This document shows, in pieces, positions 26,181-36,589 of a stretch of DNA of 64,000 bases. The DNA lies in the IMG/VR virus record IMGVR_UViG_3300010429_001449. One strand, given 5' to 3'. The position numbers and the translations under genes were made by a program. This DNA is from a virus. Lineage: Duplodnaviria > Caudoviricetes. A model generated the notes under the pieces. It did not search any database. It saw nothing but the letters and a program-made list of their open reading frames with translations, and was not told the DNA's origin. Position 1 is the stretch's first letter. Each line of letters begins with the position of its first letter.

Positions 26181-27064
26181 AGCGATATTTCCTTCAGAAG
26201 GGCCGCTACGACAGGGACGGTCATCGAGTTCGCCAACATTGCGTAGCGGCGCGTCCTACTGATGGATTCGGGAAACTCGAAGTCGGTAAAGCCAAACAAG
26301 CGGAGGCACTCCGTTACGGAAGGCTTGCGAAGTTGGCCTATAGCATGATTGACTGCCGCCACGTAACTAATGTACTCAGCGGAACTACCATTGCGGCAGA
26401 TAGTCTGTGTAACGCACGGAATGTAGTCATGCGTAAAATGAGCCAAACGCGCCTGCACCTTCGGCTTCGCCAAGAACGACTTTGTGACAAACAAGCTACT
26501 GTCAGCGTTACGATCCAGCACGGAGGCCAGCGGTGGATACGACGCCGTTCCAACAGGAAACTCAAAGTCCGGCGTGTCCTTGCCCACAATCCAGAGCCTG
26601 CGGCGGTTTTGCGGAAGACCGAAATCCAGAGAGTTCAAAACAGAGTACTTGACGTAATAACCCATCCGGCGGATTGTCCTTACAAGCCGCACGAGAGTCG
26701 CCTTATGCCGGAACACCAAACCTTCTACGTTTTCCGCAATGATCGTTTTGGGTCTGCTTTTTTCGACGATATCTAGGGCCTTCAGAACTACCTTTCCGCG
26801 CTCGTCGCAAAGTCCGTTACCCTTTCCTGCAAGCGAATAAGGTTGACAGGGGAAGCCGAAAACAAGCAAATCAACCGGCGGCGTCTTTGTGCCGTCAATG
26901 TCATAGACATTATCGTAGAATTTCCCGCACGCATGATTGGCCAAATAAGCAGTCTTGGCGTATCTATCATTGTCGCACGCGAACTCTACCGTATGCGGTA
27001 TCCCCAATACCTTGAGTGCCGCTTCCGGCGCTCCCATTCCAGAAAAAAGTGTTCCTACGCGCAC
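26177..27064 (-). CDS. C5-cytosine DNA methyltransferase
   Basis: LFSGMG, GFPCQ, ENV, PQNRRR, RLFGF, ANS motifs. Confidence 0.95.
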   Translation of the reverse strand: MRVGTLFSGMGAPEAALKVLGIPHTVEFACDNDRYAKTAYLANHACGKFYDNVYDIDGTKTPPVDLLVFGFPCQPYSLAGKGNGLCDERGKVVLKALDIVEKSRPKTIIAENVEGLVFRHKATLVRLVRTIRRMGYYVKYSVLNSLDFGLPQNRRRLWIVGKDTPDFEFPVGTASYPPLASVLDRNADSSLFVTKSFLAKPKVQARLAHFTHDYIPCVTQTICRNGSSAEYISYVAAVNHAIGQLRKPSVTECLRLFGFTDFEFPESISRTRRYAMLANSMTVPVVAALLKEISL

Positions 27065-27223
27065 AGAAAATCTCCAGACGAATGTTAAGCGACGCTATCT
27101 AATCCCACGGGAACTGTTACCGGCCACGCAAAGCCAGCGAAGTCTCCGCCCTTTGCTTTTCGGAACAGCCGTCGTTACTCGCCTAAAAGCATCACTCTTA
27201 TTATAACAGCGCGGCTAGAAATG

Positions 27224-27874
27224 TCAAGGTGTTTTCCGCAATTCGTTAGGAATAACTGGCCGCTGCAGCCAATGTTCATCAGTTTGAACGTGATTCGGTC
27301 GAACGTACTTGGCGAAGCTCAGCGCGTGAAACTGCCATAGGATTCTGTCGTGGAGGCGGAGCACGTAACCTTCTTGCTTGGACGCGCCGAAGACAGACGT
27401 GCCGGTGAAACAAGCTCGAACAGCGGCTTCTGTGTAAAGTCCTTCGTAGAGCACGGGAACGCACGCCAGGCCGATACTCGCGGCAAACGCTTTCGTGTCC
27501 GGCCACGAGAGGCATATGTTTTGAGCGTCGTACACCGCGAACACAAGAAAGAAAGACGGAAGGTCTTTGTAATGAATGGTGTGTGTAGCGTAAAGATTCT
27601 CGCCGCATATCCGCCAATCGTCGGGTATCTGACAGGCTATGCCCGCGTGCAGGTTTTTTAGCCAAGACCGCGACGCATGATGCTGACTATTTATCGAGCG
27701 GGCGTGAAGGTAGTCCCGGTAGAGGGACGAGCATTCTCCATCCATCTTCTCGCTAACGACAACAGACGCCTTATCGAAGCTGGTCATGGACGCCAAGACA
27801 CGGTCGTCCTTCGTCACCGTGCCGGACCACGGAACATGAGCAATCTTTGGAAACTTGTAACGTTCACTGTTCAT
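27224..27874 (-). CDS. RNA ligase family nucleotidyltransferase
   Basis: SEKMDG, GENL, EGYV, KYVR..HVQTDEHW; ATGA-coupled start at 27874. Confidence 0.9.
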   Translation of the reverse strand: MNSERYKFPKIAHVPWSGTVTKDDRVLASMTSFDKASVVVSEKMDGECSSLYRDYLHARSINSQHHASRSWLKNLHAGIACQIPDDWRICGENLYATHTIHYKDLPSFFLVFAVYDAQNICLSWPDTKAFAASIGLACVPVLYEGLYTEAAVRACFTGTSVFGASKQEGYVLRLHDRILWQFHALSFAKYVRPNHVQTDEHWLQRPVIPNELRKTP

Positions 27875-28296
27875 GTCTGCTCTTTTGCGACCGGCCATAC
27901 GTAAGGAAGCGCGGCTGGTTCCAACCAGCCGAATTGTCCGTACCACACAGGGTCTTTTCGCAACAGATTCGAGCGATGGCTTGCGTGGAAACTGTCATTG
28001 CCAATCCAAGGCGGCAGCACTCCCACCCCGTCGGTATGTTCGGGAGAAAGCCGTGAGTAACGAACGCCGTGGCAAAGAACACACGTCCAGAAAAACACGT
28101 TGTAGTAATCAGTGAGCGACTGTTCGTACCCGCGCCACATGCGCACCGCAGGATGATTCCGCCAGCCTGCCTTCGGGTTGCCCGATCTCAAACAACGCAG
28201 TATCTGCGCCGCCTCAACGACCTGCTTGATGCACCGTCGCTTATCCAGCACTTGAGCCGACGCAAGAAAGTCAGGGTAAGGAAGAAATGTCTGCAT
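27871..28296 (-). CDS. pyrimidine-dimer DNA glycosylase-like protein
   Basis: MQTFLPY..LDKRR..KQ.VEA.QI..HPAVRMW..SHRSNLLRKDP; ATG 7 nt after the -10 box (leaderless). Confidence 0.85.
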   Translation of the reverse strand: MQTFLPYPDFLASAQVLDKRRCIKQVVEAAQILRCLRSGNPKAGWRNHPAVRMWRGYEQSLTDYYNVFFWTCVLCHGVRYSRLSPEHTDGVGVLPPWIGNDSFHASHRSNLLRKDPVWYGQFGWLEPAALPYVWPVAKEQT

Positions 28297-28339
28297 ACTT
28301 TTATTATAACAGAGCAACCAGAATTGTCAAGACGAAGAA

Positions 28340-28960
28340 TCAGCCGTGCAGACGCATCGTAGCGCGTACCTTGGCGAGCACGAAATCTATGCTTGTTTCC
28401 AAGACCTGTTGACAGGCGCGGGCATAAACAGCCGCAGTCGCCTCTTTGTCGTCTAATGCGCTGTGCTTACTGCACCACCAATCTGCGTGAGTAATCGGCC
28501 AGCAAGCGATAGGGCCTTGTACCACGGCGGTTTGATGAATAATAGGTACGGCTTGACGGCATTCTCCGGCGGAGTCAATGTCTTGAAGGATATCCACCAA
28601 CGGTGTGCCGTTCCAAGCAAAGTCAGGAGTACACTTTTCCCAGAAGGCGCAGTTGGCGCAAACGTGCTCTCTCAGCGGAGGTTCTTCCTGCTTCTTCGCC
28701 GGAGTTTCATCCACCGGGTCTTCTTCAGGAACGGCAATGTTCGGCGGCACTCTCGGTCCGCGAGATATAACCGCGTAGTCTTTGCCAGTAGCCGGGTGCT
28801 TCAATTCAACACGAATGACCGTGTCTCCTTGTGCCTCAACAGTCACGACGGTAAAGCCTGCCTTGGCGTACGCGGCGCGAACGGCGTTAGGGTCGTAATG
28901 TCCTAGGTACTGCCATACGTACTGAAGGTCTCTGGCTATCTGTGCGGTCTGAGTATTCAC
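28340..28960 (-). CDS. hypothetical Cys-cluster protein
   Basis: CANCAFW..GECR..WP.T....WCSKH. Confidence 0.6.
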   Translation of the reverse strand: MNTQTAQIARDLQYVWQYLGHYDPNAVRAAYAKAGFTVVTVEAQGDTVIRVELKHPATGKDYAVISRGPRVPPNIAVPEEDPVDETPAKKQEEPPLREHVCANCAFWEKCTPDFAWNGTPLVDILQDIDSAGECRQAVPIIHQTAVVQGPIACWPITHADWWCSKHSALDDKEATAAVYARACQQVLETSIDFVLAKVRATMRLHG

Positions 28961-29216
28961 AACGACTTCCTTTCTCGCAGTCCTTCGCGGATCGTTTTCA
29001 GAAATCCACGCCGGGGCGCAGCGTAACGCTGCGTATTGTATGGCAACGGTCGCACTTGAAACGAATGACGATCTGTCCGCCTTCTACAGCGAACTTGACC
29101 TGGCCTGCGGGCACAGTCACCACTTTGCGGCAAGGAACACAAGTCAACGCACACGCATTGAGCGCGGCGGACTCCGGTATTGGTTTTTGATCGGCCACAA
29201 TCGATCTCCTTTCTGC

Positions 29217-30137
29217 TCAGGACCAAGACAACGCGAACTTCTCCGGCTCGCCGGAGTTGAGCACGTAGTCACACGTCTCCAAGACAATCTCCAGCGCTTG
29301 GAGATGCCAGTCGTAATTGTAGCCGTTGGCGTAACGGACCACTACGTAGAAGCACGGTTCTTCACTCTTTTCGCCACGCAGGGCTGCCGCCAAGCTTTTC
29401 ACTTTGCCGACCACGACACCGAGCAGTTGCGGAAATTCAGCCATGAAAAACGTGCCGGACTCTGACCTGTAACTATTGCCAATGTTGTCTGGCGCAGCCT
29501 CGCCGAGAGCCAGCTTCTGCTTCTCTTGACGGTCGGTGACTTGTTTCATAAACACGTCTCGGACTTCCTTCTCGTTGGACGGCCATTCGGCGGGATCGCC
29601 AAAGAGAGGAATATCCACCCGGATAACGTCGAAGTTGGGTTGTTCCGTAATGACTTTGCGGAAGTCGTCCAAGAGCGATTGAACATCCGCACGCAAAGCG
29701 ATCCATTCGCCTTTCGTGTAGATAAGATCAGATTCCTTTCTACCCCGACGGAACACGTCGTTCAGATCGCGCCCGACAATACGGCGAAGTACGCTGTTCA
29801 AACCGGTGTCGTTATACGAACTGTGCCAATAGCCTATCTTGAACATGTCGTGGTCAGGATATTTGACTGACGGGTTCTCGACTCTAACGCGCTTGGTTGA
29901 TACGACCTGCCCATACTCATCGAGACCCAGGCTGGCGTAAAGCTCTTTGCACCGGCGGTGCATCTCGTCCTTTTCCTCTTGCGAAAGGTCGTTGTACTTT
30001 CGACCTTGCTGGATTTCGTCGCAAATCTCGGTCTCTTTGTCGTCGGCGGCTTGCTTTAAGGCAGCCTCTGCGGCCATCACACCCGCAGGATCGCCGTCAG
30101 GAAAATGCTCCAAGTAAATGTCCAAGCCCATCGTCAC
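29217..30137 (-). CDS. phage hypothetical protein (MGLDIYL type)
   Basis: Follows the promoter at 30174; AGGAG RBS. Confidence 0.65.
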   Translation of the reverse strand: MTMGLDIYLEHFPDGDPAGVMAAEAALKQAADDKETEICDEIQQGRKYNDLSQEEKDEMHRRCKELYASLGLDEYGQVVSTKRVRVENPSVKYPDHDMFKIGYWHSSYNDTGLNSVLRRIVGRDLNDVFRRGRKESDLIYTKGEWIALRADVQSLLDDFRKVITEQPNFDVIRVDIPLFGDPAEWPSNEKEVRDVFMKQVTDRQEKQKLALGEAAPDNIGNSYRSESGTFFMAEFPQLLGVVVGKVKSLAAALRGEKSEEPCFYVVVRYANGYNYDWHLQALEIVLETCDYVLNSGEPEKFALSWS

Positions 30138-30174
30138 GCTCCTTTGAAAGAGAAAACCTCGCTCAACACCTCTA

Positions 30175-31062
30175 TTATAACGGATAACAACCCAGTGTCA
30201 AGTCCTTGTTAGGAAAAAAGCTCAAGAATTCGGCATGTGCATTTCTGCGCCCACCGCTGATTCCTCCTTGCCTTCGCGGACCGCTCAACTGCCAATTAAT
30301 CGGAGAGAGTGGCACAGCCTCGGACACATAACAAGGAACAGACAAAGCAGAAGCCAAAGAGACAACATCAAATCCGTCAGCGTATCCCGTCAATCCCGCA
30401 TAAGGAGGATCAAGATAAGCAGTCCCGTCTGGAATGGCCGCCAGAGATCGAACATCACAACACTGCGCTTTAACACCGCGCATCGATTCAACTAGCGCGG
30501 CCACTCTCCTTAAGAGTTCGTCGGGCATCGGCATCATCGGATTGACCGGATAACGCCGCGACGATGTTTCCGTTGGCGTCCAATAACTCCGAAAACTACA
30601 ATTACACCACTTGCCTTTGTCGATCCAAATCTGCTTCCCGCCAAACGCCCCTGCTTGAAGCAAGAGATACACATAGACTCTGTCTTCTTGTCTCGGAGCT
30701 TCTCTGGCAAGTCTCTCCAACACCCCCTGTACTCGCGTAACATCTTCCGGCAGCAATCGAAGAGTGCGCTCAAAGTCGCGCAGAGAAAACGTGCCGCGCC
30801 CTACGGATTGCCAGAACTCGCCCCATACGCCAGAGTCCACCATCACAATATCTGATGGCGAGACGCCGCGATTGACGGCCTCAATTGAGACCGCGCCTGA
30901 TCCACAACACAAATCCCACAGCGGGAGCTTGAGATCAATCTTATCCAAGATTGCAGCCGCAAGACGCACTTTAGCGCCTTGATAAGTGACCGCTGTATGG
31001 AGCTTAATTGCCACAGTTGTTATCGTCGGTAGTTTCCTGTGGAACGACCGGCTCTTCACCAA
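30175..31062 (-). CDS. D12-like adenine methyltransferase
   Basis: YQGAK, DLCCGSG, YLDPPY; start uncertain. Confidence 0.75.
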   Translation of the reverse strand: MVKSRSFHRKLPTITTVAIKLHTAVTYQGAKVRLAAAILDKIDLKLPLWDLCCGSGAVSIEAVNRGVSPSDIVMVDSGVWGEFWQSVGRGTFSLRDFERTLRLLPEDVTRVQGVLERLAREAPRQEDRVYVYLLLQAGAFGGKQIWIDKGKWCNCSFRSYWTPTETSSRRYPVNPMMPMPDELLRRVAALVESMRGVKAQCCDVRSLAAIPDGTAYLDPPYAGLTGYADGFDVVSLASALSVPCYVSEAVPLSPINWQLSGPRRQGGISGGRRNAHAEFLSFFPNKDLTLGCYPL

Positions 31063-31834
31063 ACAAGACGCCTACGCGGTTCGCCACGCGCAAGATCGGG
31101 GGCAGAGCGAGTCTTTGCACCTCTTGTCGCTTAACGACTAAGGCAGGGTTCCTGCGGGCCTCGTGCTTTTCGGGCAGGGCGTCGATCTCCTCGGCGGTGA
31201 AAGGCCGCTCGACCGTGCGCCGGGCGTAGTAAGAGCCGCGCTTGAACCAGTCCGGGTAGTCGTTCCAATTGATGCCTTTCTGATGGAGCATCTCGTGGAG
31301 GTCCGCTCCGTTCTTGCGGTCGAGTTGATTGTGCGAGTAGACGGACTGGGCCGCTGCCTGCAAGCTATTACGCACGGCGTCCTGTTCCCGCCACACAAAG
31401 ACGTTGGCGGCTTCTTCCAGGGTCGGGACGTTCCAGACGCGGCAATCGAAAGTCGGGCGGCGATTCGCGTAGTCCCTGAGCGGACTTTCGCAGACAATCT
31501 CGAAAAAAGCCAGCGTCGCCGTTGATGCCAGCGTCGATGTCATCTTCTGGATACGCCCGTCGAAGTAGATTTGGCTGTCCGGGTCCGGAGCATGCCAGCA
31601 CAACGTTATTTCGTCGGACTGCGTATAGCCGACGCAAGCAGCCGTTTCTTCTACTAGGAAGGCTGTCAGGGCCTTCATAGCGGCGCACATCATGTTATCG
31701 AAGGGTTTGTCCATCCCAGCAGTGAAACTGCTGAAACACCGACCGTCCAAACGGGCGAAAGCAGGCAGTTTAGGCATTAGACGCCGTTGAGCTTCCGCGC
31801 CTTCGTAAAGCTTCATCCTATCGTCAAGATTCAT
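31004..31834 (-). CDS. tRNA(His) guanylyltransferase Thg1-like protein
   Basis: RLDGRCFS, GYTQSDEI, GRIQK, FDCR, WREQDAVRNS. Confidence 0.92.
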   Translation of the reverse strand: MNLDDRMKLYEGAEAQRRLMPKLPAFARLDGRCFSSFTAGMDKPFDNMMCAAMKALTAFLVEETAACVGYTQSDEITLCWHAPDPDSQIYFDGRIQKMTSTLASTATLAFFEIVCESPLRDYANRRPTFDCRVWNVPTLEEAANVFVWREQDAVRNSLQAAAQSVYSHNQLDRKNGADLHEMLHQKGINWNDYPDWFKRGSYYARRTVERPFTAEEIDALPEKHEARRNPALVVKRQEVQRLALPPILRVANRVGVLFGEEPVVPQETTDDNNCGN

Positions 31835-32849
31835 GCGCCGTGTCCTCCAGCAACGAAAACGCCGTTATGAACGCTGCCGCGACTTGCGGCACAATGGCAT
31901 TGCCGTAACCGCGCAGTCGTCCCACGTGGGCGGAAACCCCATGAGCCAGCGGGAATGTGCCGGGTTCAACGCGCCGCGACTTTCCGTCCCGGCAGGGGAG
32001 CCAGTCAGCAGCAGACCAGAAACTTGATTCGGCAGCGAGTTGTTCACAGCCCCGTCGTGGTAGTTCTGATCTATACCTTTGCAGTCCCGCGTCTGCGGTG
32101 TCGCCCACCCCGCTAATGTCGCTACTTCCCGCAAATTTCCGCTCACCTTTCGTCCCGGGCGACTCGGGTGATTCAATCGCTTCTGGTAATCCATCGGGGG
32201 CAGTACATCCATCGCTTGTGGCGTAGGCCACCCAGTACAGTCGTTGCCGGATTTGCGGTGCGCCGACGCCAGCAGCCGGTAGATCGTTCGCCCTGCAGGT
32301 GTAGTGTGCGCCTTCCAAGTCAGCGAATACTCTATCGAGCCATCGAGCGTAATAGCTAAAGCCTTTGGAGTTAACGAGCTTTCGGGCGAGCTTGTTGGCT
32401 CGCGCATAGTCGCCTTTCCGAACCGAGTCAACGAAATCAGCCTCTTGCTGAGTTCCGACAACATCTGAGGATGCAACTTGCTCTCCGAAGATGATTTGCG
32501 GGCGGCACTCCTGGATGAGCCTGAACATTTCCGGCCAGAGATCACGCGAGTCTGCAACTCCTTTGCGTTTGCCTGCGACACTGAAAGGCTGGCAGGGGCA
32601 ACTTCCGGTCCACACTGGGCGGTCTTCGGGCCATCCAGCGAGGCGGAGTGCGTAATCCCATCCGCCGATTCCGGCGAACAAGTGGACTCGGTTGTGCCCG
32701 GCGAGGTCTTTTCCGGTGAGGTCTGTGATTGATCGTCCATCTATTGTCCCTTCCGTAATTTGCCCGGCCTTTTGGAGTTCGAGCAGCCAGGCGCAACAAT
32801 CCTTATCGATGTCGTTGTAAAATGTCATGGCGTATCGTCCCGTCGGCAA
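31824..32849 (-). CDS. C5-cytosine methyltransferase, alpha-type subunit (start likely 32828)
   Basis: LFAGIGG, GSCPCQPFS, GEQV, PQIRQR, and motif X GYGNAIVPQVA. Confidence 0.9.
   Translation of the reverse strand: MPTGRYAMTFYNDIDKDCCAWLLELQKAGQITEGTIDGRSITDLTGKDLAGHNRVHLFAGIGGWDYALRLAGWPEDRPVWTGSCPCQPFSVAGKRKGVADSRDLWPEMFRLIQECRPQIIFGEQVASSDVVGTQQEADFVDSVRKGDYARANKLARKLVNSKGFSYYARWLDRVFADLEGAHYTCRANDLPAAGVGAPQIRQRLYWVAYATSDGCTAPDGLPEAIESPESPGTKGERKFAGSSDISGVGDTADAGLQRYRSELPRRGCEQLAAESSFWSAADWLPCRDGKSRRVEPGTFPLAHGVSAHVGRLRGYGNAIVPQVAAAFITAFSLLEDTAHES
31865..32740 (-). CDS. alternative-frame beta subunit of the C5 methyltransferase
   Basis: WPTP and WATP repeats plus motif IX-like LNPAHSRWLMGFP, nested in another frame of 31824..32849. 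Confidence 0.7.
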   Translation of the reverse strand: MDDQSQTSPEKTSPGTTESTCSPESADGITHSASLDGPKTAQCGPEVAPASLSVSQANAKELQTRVISGRKCSGSSRSAARKSSSESKLHPQMLSELSKRLISLTRFGKATMREPTSSPESSLTPKALAITLDGSIEYSLTWKAHTTPAGRTIYRLLASAHRKSGNDCTGWPTPQAMDVLPPMDYQKRLNHPSRPGRKVSGNLREVATLAGWATPQTRDCKGIDQNYHDGAVNNSLPNQVSGLLLTGSPAGTESRGALNPAHSRWLMGFPPTWDDCAVTAMPLCRKSRQRS

Positions 32850-33397
32850 GATTCACACGACTTATCCTCAGAGAGGAAGAATGACTTAACAATCCCTTGC
32901 TCGCGCCCGAATATGACCAGAGCGAGCGGTTGAGGGAACCCATGAACACAACCCTTGAACTTTGGTCTGCCGCAAATGAGTCTAATCTCACCCTTCATAC
33001 ACCATTCATGCCACCAGCGCGTGTTTGTTCTGGCGGGAAGGAGGCAGACTGTAACCGCATTGCCTCTTTCATCGTAAGCCTTTTTGATGAACTTCTTCAT
33101 GCTGCTGTACGGCGGATTCATCCAGTTCACGCCGTCCCACGTCTTGTCCAGACAAGAGTTCTCCCTGCTCCAGTACTCGGCGCATTTGGTGTTGGCAGCA
33201 GAGGCGCAAACGTCTCGCGTGAAATGGAACTCCGCATCAACACAAGAGAATAGAGCGTCGGGGGTCTCCCACTCCTGATTAGCGCTCTTGAATCTATTCG
33301 AGTCAAAGTTACCCATCTGCACGACCGTCCTTTTCGACAAGCAAGGCTGCGCTACAACGGAGTCTAGCCGTCTCGCAGTAATCAGGCGAGATTTCAA
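32825..33397 (-). CDS. phage Dam-like N6-adenine methyltransferase (start likely ~33316)
   Basis: WETP, DVCA, WMNPPY, LLPARTNTRWW. Confidence 0.9.
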   Translation of the reverse strand: MKSRLITARRLDSVVAQPCLSKRTVVQMGNFDSNRFKSANQEWETPDALFSCVDAEFHFTRDVCASAANTKCAEYWSRENSCLDKTWDGVNWMNPPYSSMKKFIKKAYDERGNAVTVCLLPARTNTRWWHEWCMKGEIRLICGRPKFKGCVHGFPQPLALVIFGREQGIVKSFFLSEDKSCESCRRDDTP

Positions 33398-34415
33398 CAG
33401 CCACGTAATTGCGACCCGTCTGCAAACACGCTACGGCGGTTGTCCCGCTTCCCGCGAAGCCGTCTAGGATCACGCCGCCGACAGGAGCGATGCACGTTAC
33501 CAGATGTTTCACGACTTCAAGCGGTTTTTGTGACGGATGCCACATATCCAGTCCGCGCTGATCGTCCACAATATACGTATCGTGTCGATACTCTAAGTCA
33601 TCCCGTCCAGCCGAAGCCTGCCGAGGCTCTCGATCCAGAAGAATGTCGTAATCGTTGCCGAGCTTCAACAGTTCTTTCAACGGGCGGTAGAATCTGGGCG
33701 TCGGCAGACACCACGCGGGATCACCTACACGGGTCCATTTCATTACGAGGCGGCTGTTACAACCGAGCGCCTTGGCGATCTCTCCGCGAGACAGACCAGA
33801 GCGTTCCACGGCATCGCGCAGGAATACCGCAAGATTGGTGTGAAACTCGGTAGGCTGCTGAGGCAGGTAACGTTGACCTACGACAATGGCCTGAGTGCGG
33901 GGCAGCCAGCCCATGTAAGGACGTGCCGCGCCTTTGGGGAGATACATCGCCAGCGTACGCCGGTACATCAACCCCGCCCCGCGCAGCGTGTCAATGCAGG
34001 CGTCGAGATTGCGCATCGTCCAGAAAATGACGATGTGCCCGTTACGTTTCAGTCTGCCGCTCGCCTTGGCTAGGAACGCTTCCAGCAGCGCGACGGCGGT
34101 AGGCGTAGTCTCGTCTCCGTCAAAGCCCATGCCCTCTCCGTAAGGAGGGTCGATGAGAATGCCGTCCAGACTGTCTGGCGGCAGTTCATCCATCACGGAC
34201 AGACAGTCTCCGCAGACAATCTTGTTGAGCAGCGCGGGCGGAATTACCGCCTTTTCAGCAGACTCAATTCCCATTTGCCGTCCTTGTAGGCCGAACAAAC
34301 CTTGAGCAGATAGCCCAGTCTGTTGTACGCCGAGAGCATATGTCCCGGATACAAGAAGGCGCTGTGCGGCGTCTCTCCGTTTTGCGGAACAAACACGACA
34401 GACACGCCCATCCAC
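33309..34415 (-). CDS. N6/N4 methyltransferase with inserted XRE-type HTH (start likely ~34274)
   Basis: GDCL, IDPPY, HPSQKP, DGFAGSGTT; insert GLSRGEIAKALGCNSRLVMKW. Confidence 0.88.
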   Translation of the reverse strand: MDGRVCRVCSAKRRDAAQRLLVSGTYALGVQQTGLSAQGLFGLQGRQMGIESAEKAVIPPALLNKIVCGDCLSVMDELPPDSLDGILIDPPYGEGMGFDGDETTPTAVALLEAFLAKASGRLKRNGHIVIFWTMRNLDACIDTLRGAGLMYRRTLAMYLPKGAARPYMGWLPRTQAIVVGQRYLPQQPTEFHTNLAVFLRDAVERSGLSRGEIAKALGCNSRLVMKWTRVGDPAWCLPTPRFYRPLKELLKLGNDYDILLDREPRQASAGRDDLEYRHDTYIVDDQRGLDMWHPSQKPLEVVKHLVTCIAPVGGVILDGFAGSGTTAVACLQTGRNYVAVEISPDYCETARLRCSAALLVEKDGRADG

Positions 34416-35932
34416 TCGGTCTGTGACCGGTGCAGAATGTAGACCATGTCCGAACTCATGAAACTGTTGTCGTCAACGCCGTGAATGAACACGTCATTGG
34501 GGTGTTTGTCGGCCCACTTCGAGATGCGTTGCATCAGCGCGTATCCAGTCCACTTCCACTCGTGCCGTGTAAGCGGAAACTTTTTGCCGTCCATCTCGAA
34601 TTCGCCTTCTTTGATTTCATCGAAGAAGCGGCGATGGAATTCGTGCCAGACACGATGAACGTCCTCCGCCGGGGTCTCGCGCATGAGCGTGCGCCAATGA
34701 TCCTGCAACCAACGCCGTTCAATGTCGGAAAGGTCTTTCCACTTGCGCTCGCGTCCGAGTCCGCAAATCTTGCAGCGTTCCTGGACGCCCTTTCTGCAGT
34801 GCGAGAGTAGTTGCCACTTGTGCTTTTTACATGGTCGCTGCTTGGCGCACTTAGGGCAGAGGTATTGCGGGCCGCAGGCCGACCAGAACTTGTCCATCGG
34901 AGCCAACTTGTCCGGAGCGCAAAGCAACCGCCAGCCGTTCGCCTCCTTCGTGGCGTAATGCTGCTTGCTCCCGCCCACGACTTGAATCCTTATGGTTTTC
35001 TTGCCCATCAGTAGCTCGTTTCCGTCTCTGAGACAACAGGGAGTTCGGCGTCGTCGAAAATTTCGTGATAGTAGGCTTCTAGCATAAGCCAGACGGCTTC
35101 TTCATTACCGGAAGCCACAGCCGCCTTGTAGAACTCGTCCGCGTTCAAGCCAGACCCGTCATAGTAACACGGGCCATCCAAAAGATGACATTTATCCGTC
35201 ATCGATGTTTGTCCGGCGTACCTTGGAACAGGGCTGTGATAGCCCAAATCAGCAGGCAACACAGTCTCTACGCCACTAAGCGTAAACCGCAGGATCACGA
35301 ACTGCACTGCGCCCTTCGGTCCCCGAACGTACATCGATAGCCGCTGAGATTTGCCGCCGTCAGCGGGGCGGTTCTCTACGCTACGGCGAAGTTCGCCGTG
35401 CGCGGGCAAATCTTGTTCGACATGGACGACAGGAAACTCAGGAAGTGGTTGCAAGGTTTTCCATACGGACGTAGTTGGCGTCCGCATCCTCCAAACCGCA
35501 ATCGCCGCGCTCGCAGTGCTTGTCGCAGAATTGGATGTAGTACCCACCGTGTTCGTTAGCGTCGGCAGAGAAACCCTCACGAGAATACAACCGTTTCAAC
35601 CGGAAACGAACTGTCGCTGGCGCGGAGCAGCCCGGTTGATCGCACTTGCCCTTTTCCGCGTCTTTGACAGCGAGCGACAAGTCTTTCGGTTCGCCGTGCC
35701 CGCGCCCTTCGCGGGCATCGACATAACCAGCGTACAGAAGCTGCATCGCGGTTTCCATGTTGCTGAAACAGCACTCGCCGACTTTCACGCCCTTGAAGAA
35801 GAATGTGACGTGCGCCGAGACGCGCCACTCGTCGCCGGAAATCTCGGATTCTTTCCAGCGGTCAACAAGTTTGATCTCAATCCGGTCAACAAACTCGAAG
35901 TCGTGATGACGTTGATGATACGGATGTAACAT
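34244..35932 (-). other. three hypothetical CDSs (34244..35008, 35008..~35424, 35438..35932)
   Basis: Contiguous minus-strand ORFs; no confident family. Confidence 0.55.
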
Positions 35933-35951
35933 TGGGGTGCCTCAAACAAAG

Positions 35952-36518
35952 TCAAAACTTGACTTGAACAGTCTTCTTCTCCGCGTCGGCTACTTCGTAG
36001 TACGTCGCTGGAGTCAATCCCGCGAAATTCGCGGCTATGCTTGTCGGAAAACGCCGGATGAACAGGCGTTGGGCGTTCACCGCATCGTTGTAACGCATCC
36101 TCTCGACCGCGATCCTGTTCTCCGTGCCCGCCAACTCGTCTTGCAGCTTCAAGAAGCCCTCATTCGCTTTCAATTCGGGGTATGTCTCCTTAAGCAGCAA
36201 GAGACGCGATAGCGGGCCTTCCAGGACGTTTGACGCCTGTATCTGCTCAGAGGGCGTCTTGGCCTGGAAGTAAGCCGTTCTGGCATCGGCGATGTGCCCG
36301 AAAAGCTCCGATTCATGCTTGGCGTAACCCTTCACCGTCTCCACGAGGTTCGGAATCAGGTCGTAACGCCGCTTGAGGACGTTATCCACCTGTGCCCACT
36401 GATTCTTGACGGCTTCGTCTCGTGTAAGAGCGGCATTGTAAAAGCCTACGGCGCAACCGCCGAGCATCAAAAGCACCACCAGAACGAAACCCAATACGAT
36501 CCCTGCTGTCTTCATCAA
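35952..36518 (-). CDS. lemA: LemA family protein
   Basis: TM helix; WAQVDNVLKRRYDLIPNLVETVKGYA; YPELKAN; ENRIAVER.RYND. Confidence 0.95.
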   Translation of the reverse strand: MMKTAGIVLGFVLVVLLMLGGCAVGFYNAALTRDEAVKNQWAQVDNVLKRRYDLIPNLVETVKGYAKHESELFGHIADARTAYFQAKTPSEQIQASNVLEGPLSRLLLLKETYPELKANEGFLKLQDELAGTENRIAVERMRYNDAVNAQRLFIRRFPTSIAANFAGLTPATYYEVADAEKKTVQVKF

Positions 36519-36589
36519 AAGCTCCTTTCAAACTGAGAAGTGTTCTGCCTGCTCTTAGTATAACAGCGCGGAAAGATTTGTCAAGACAT

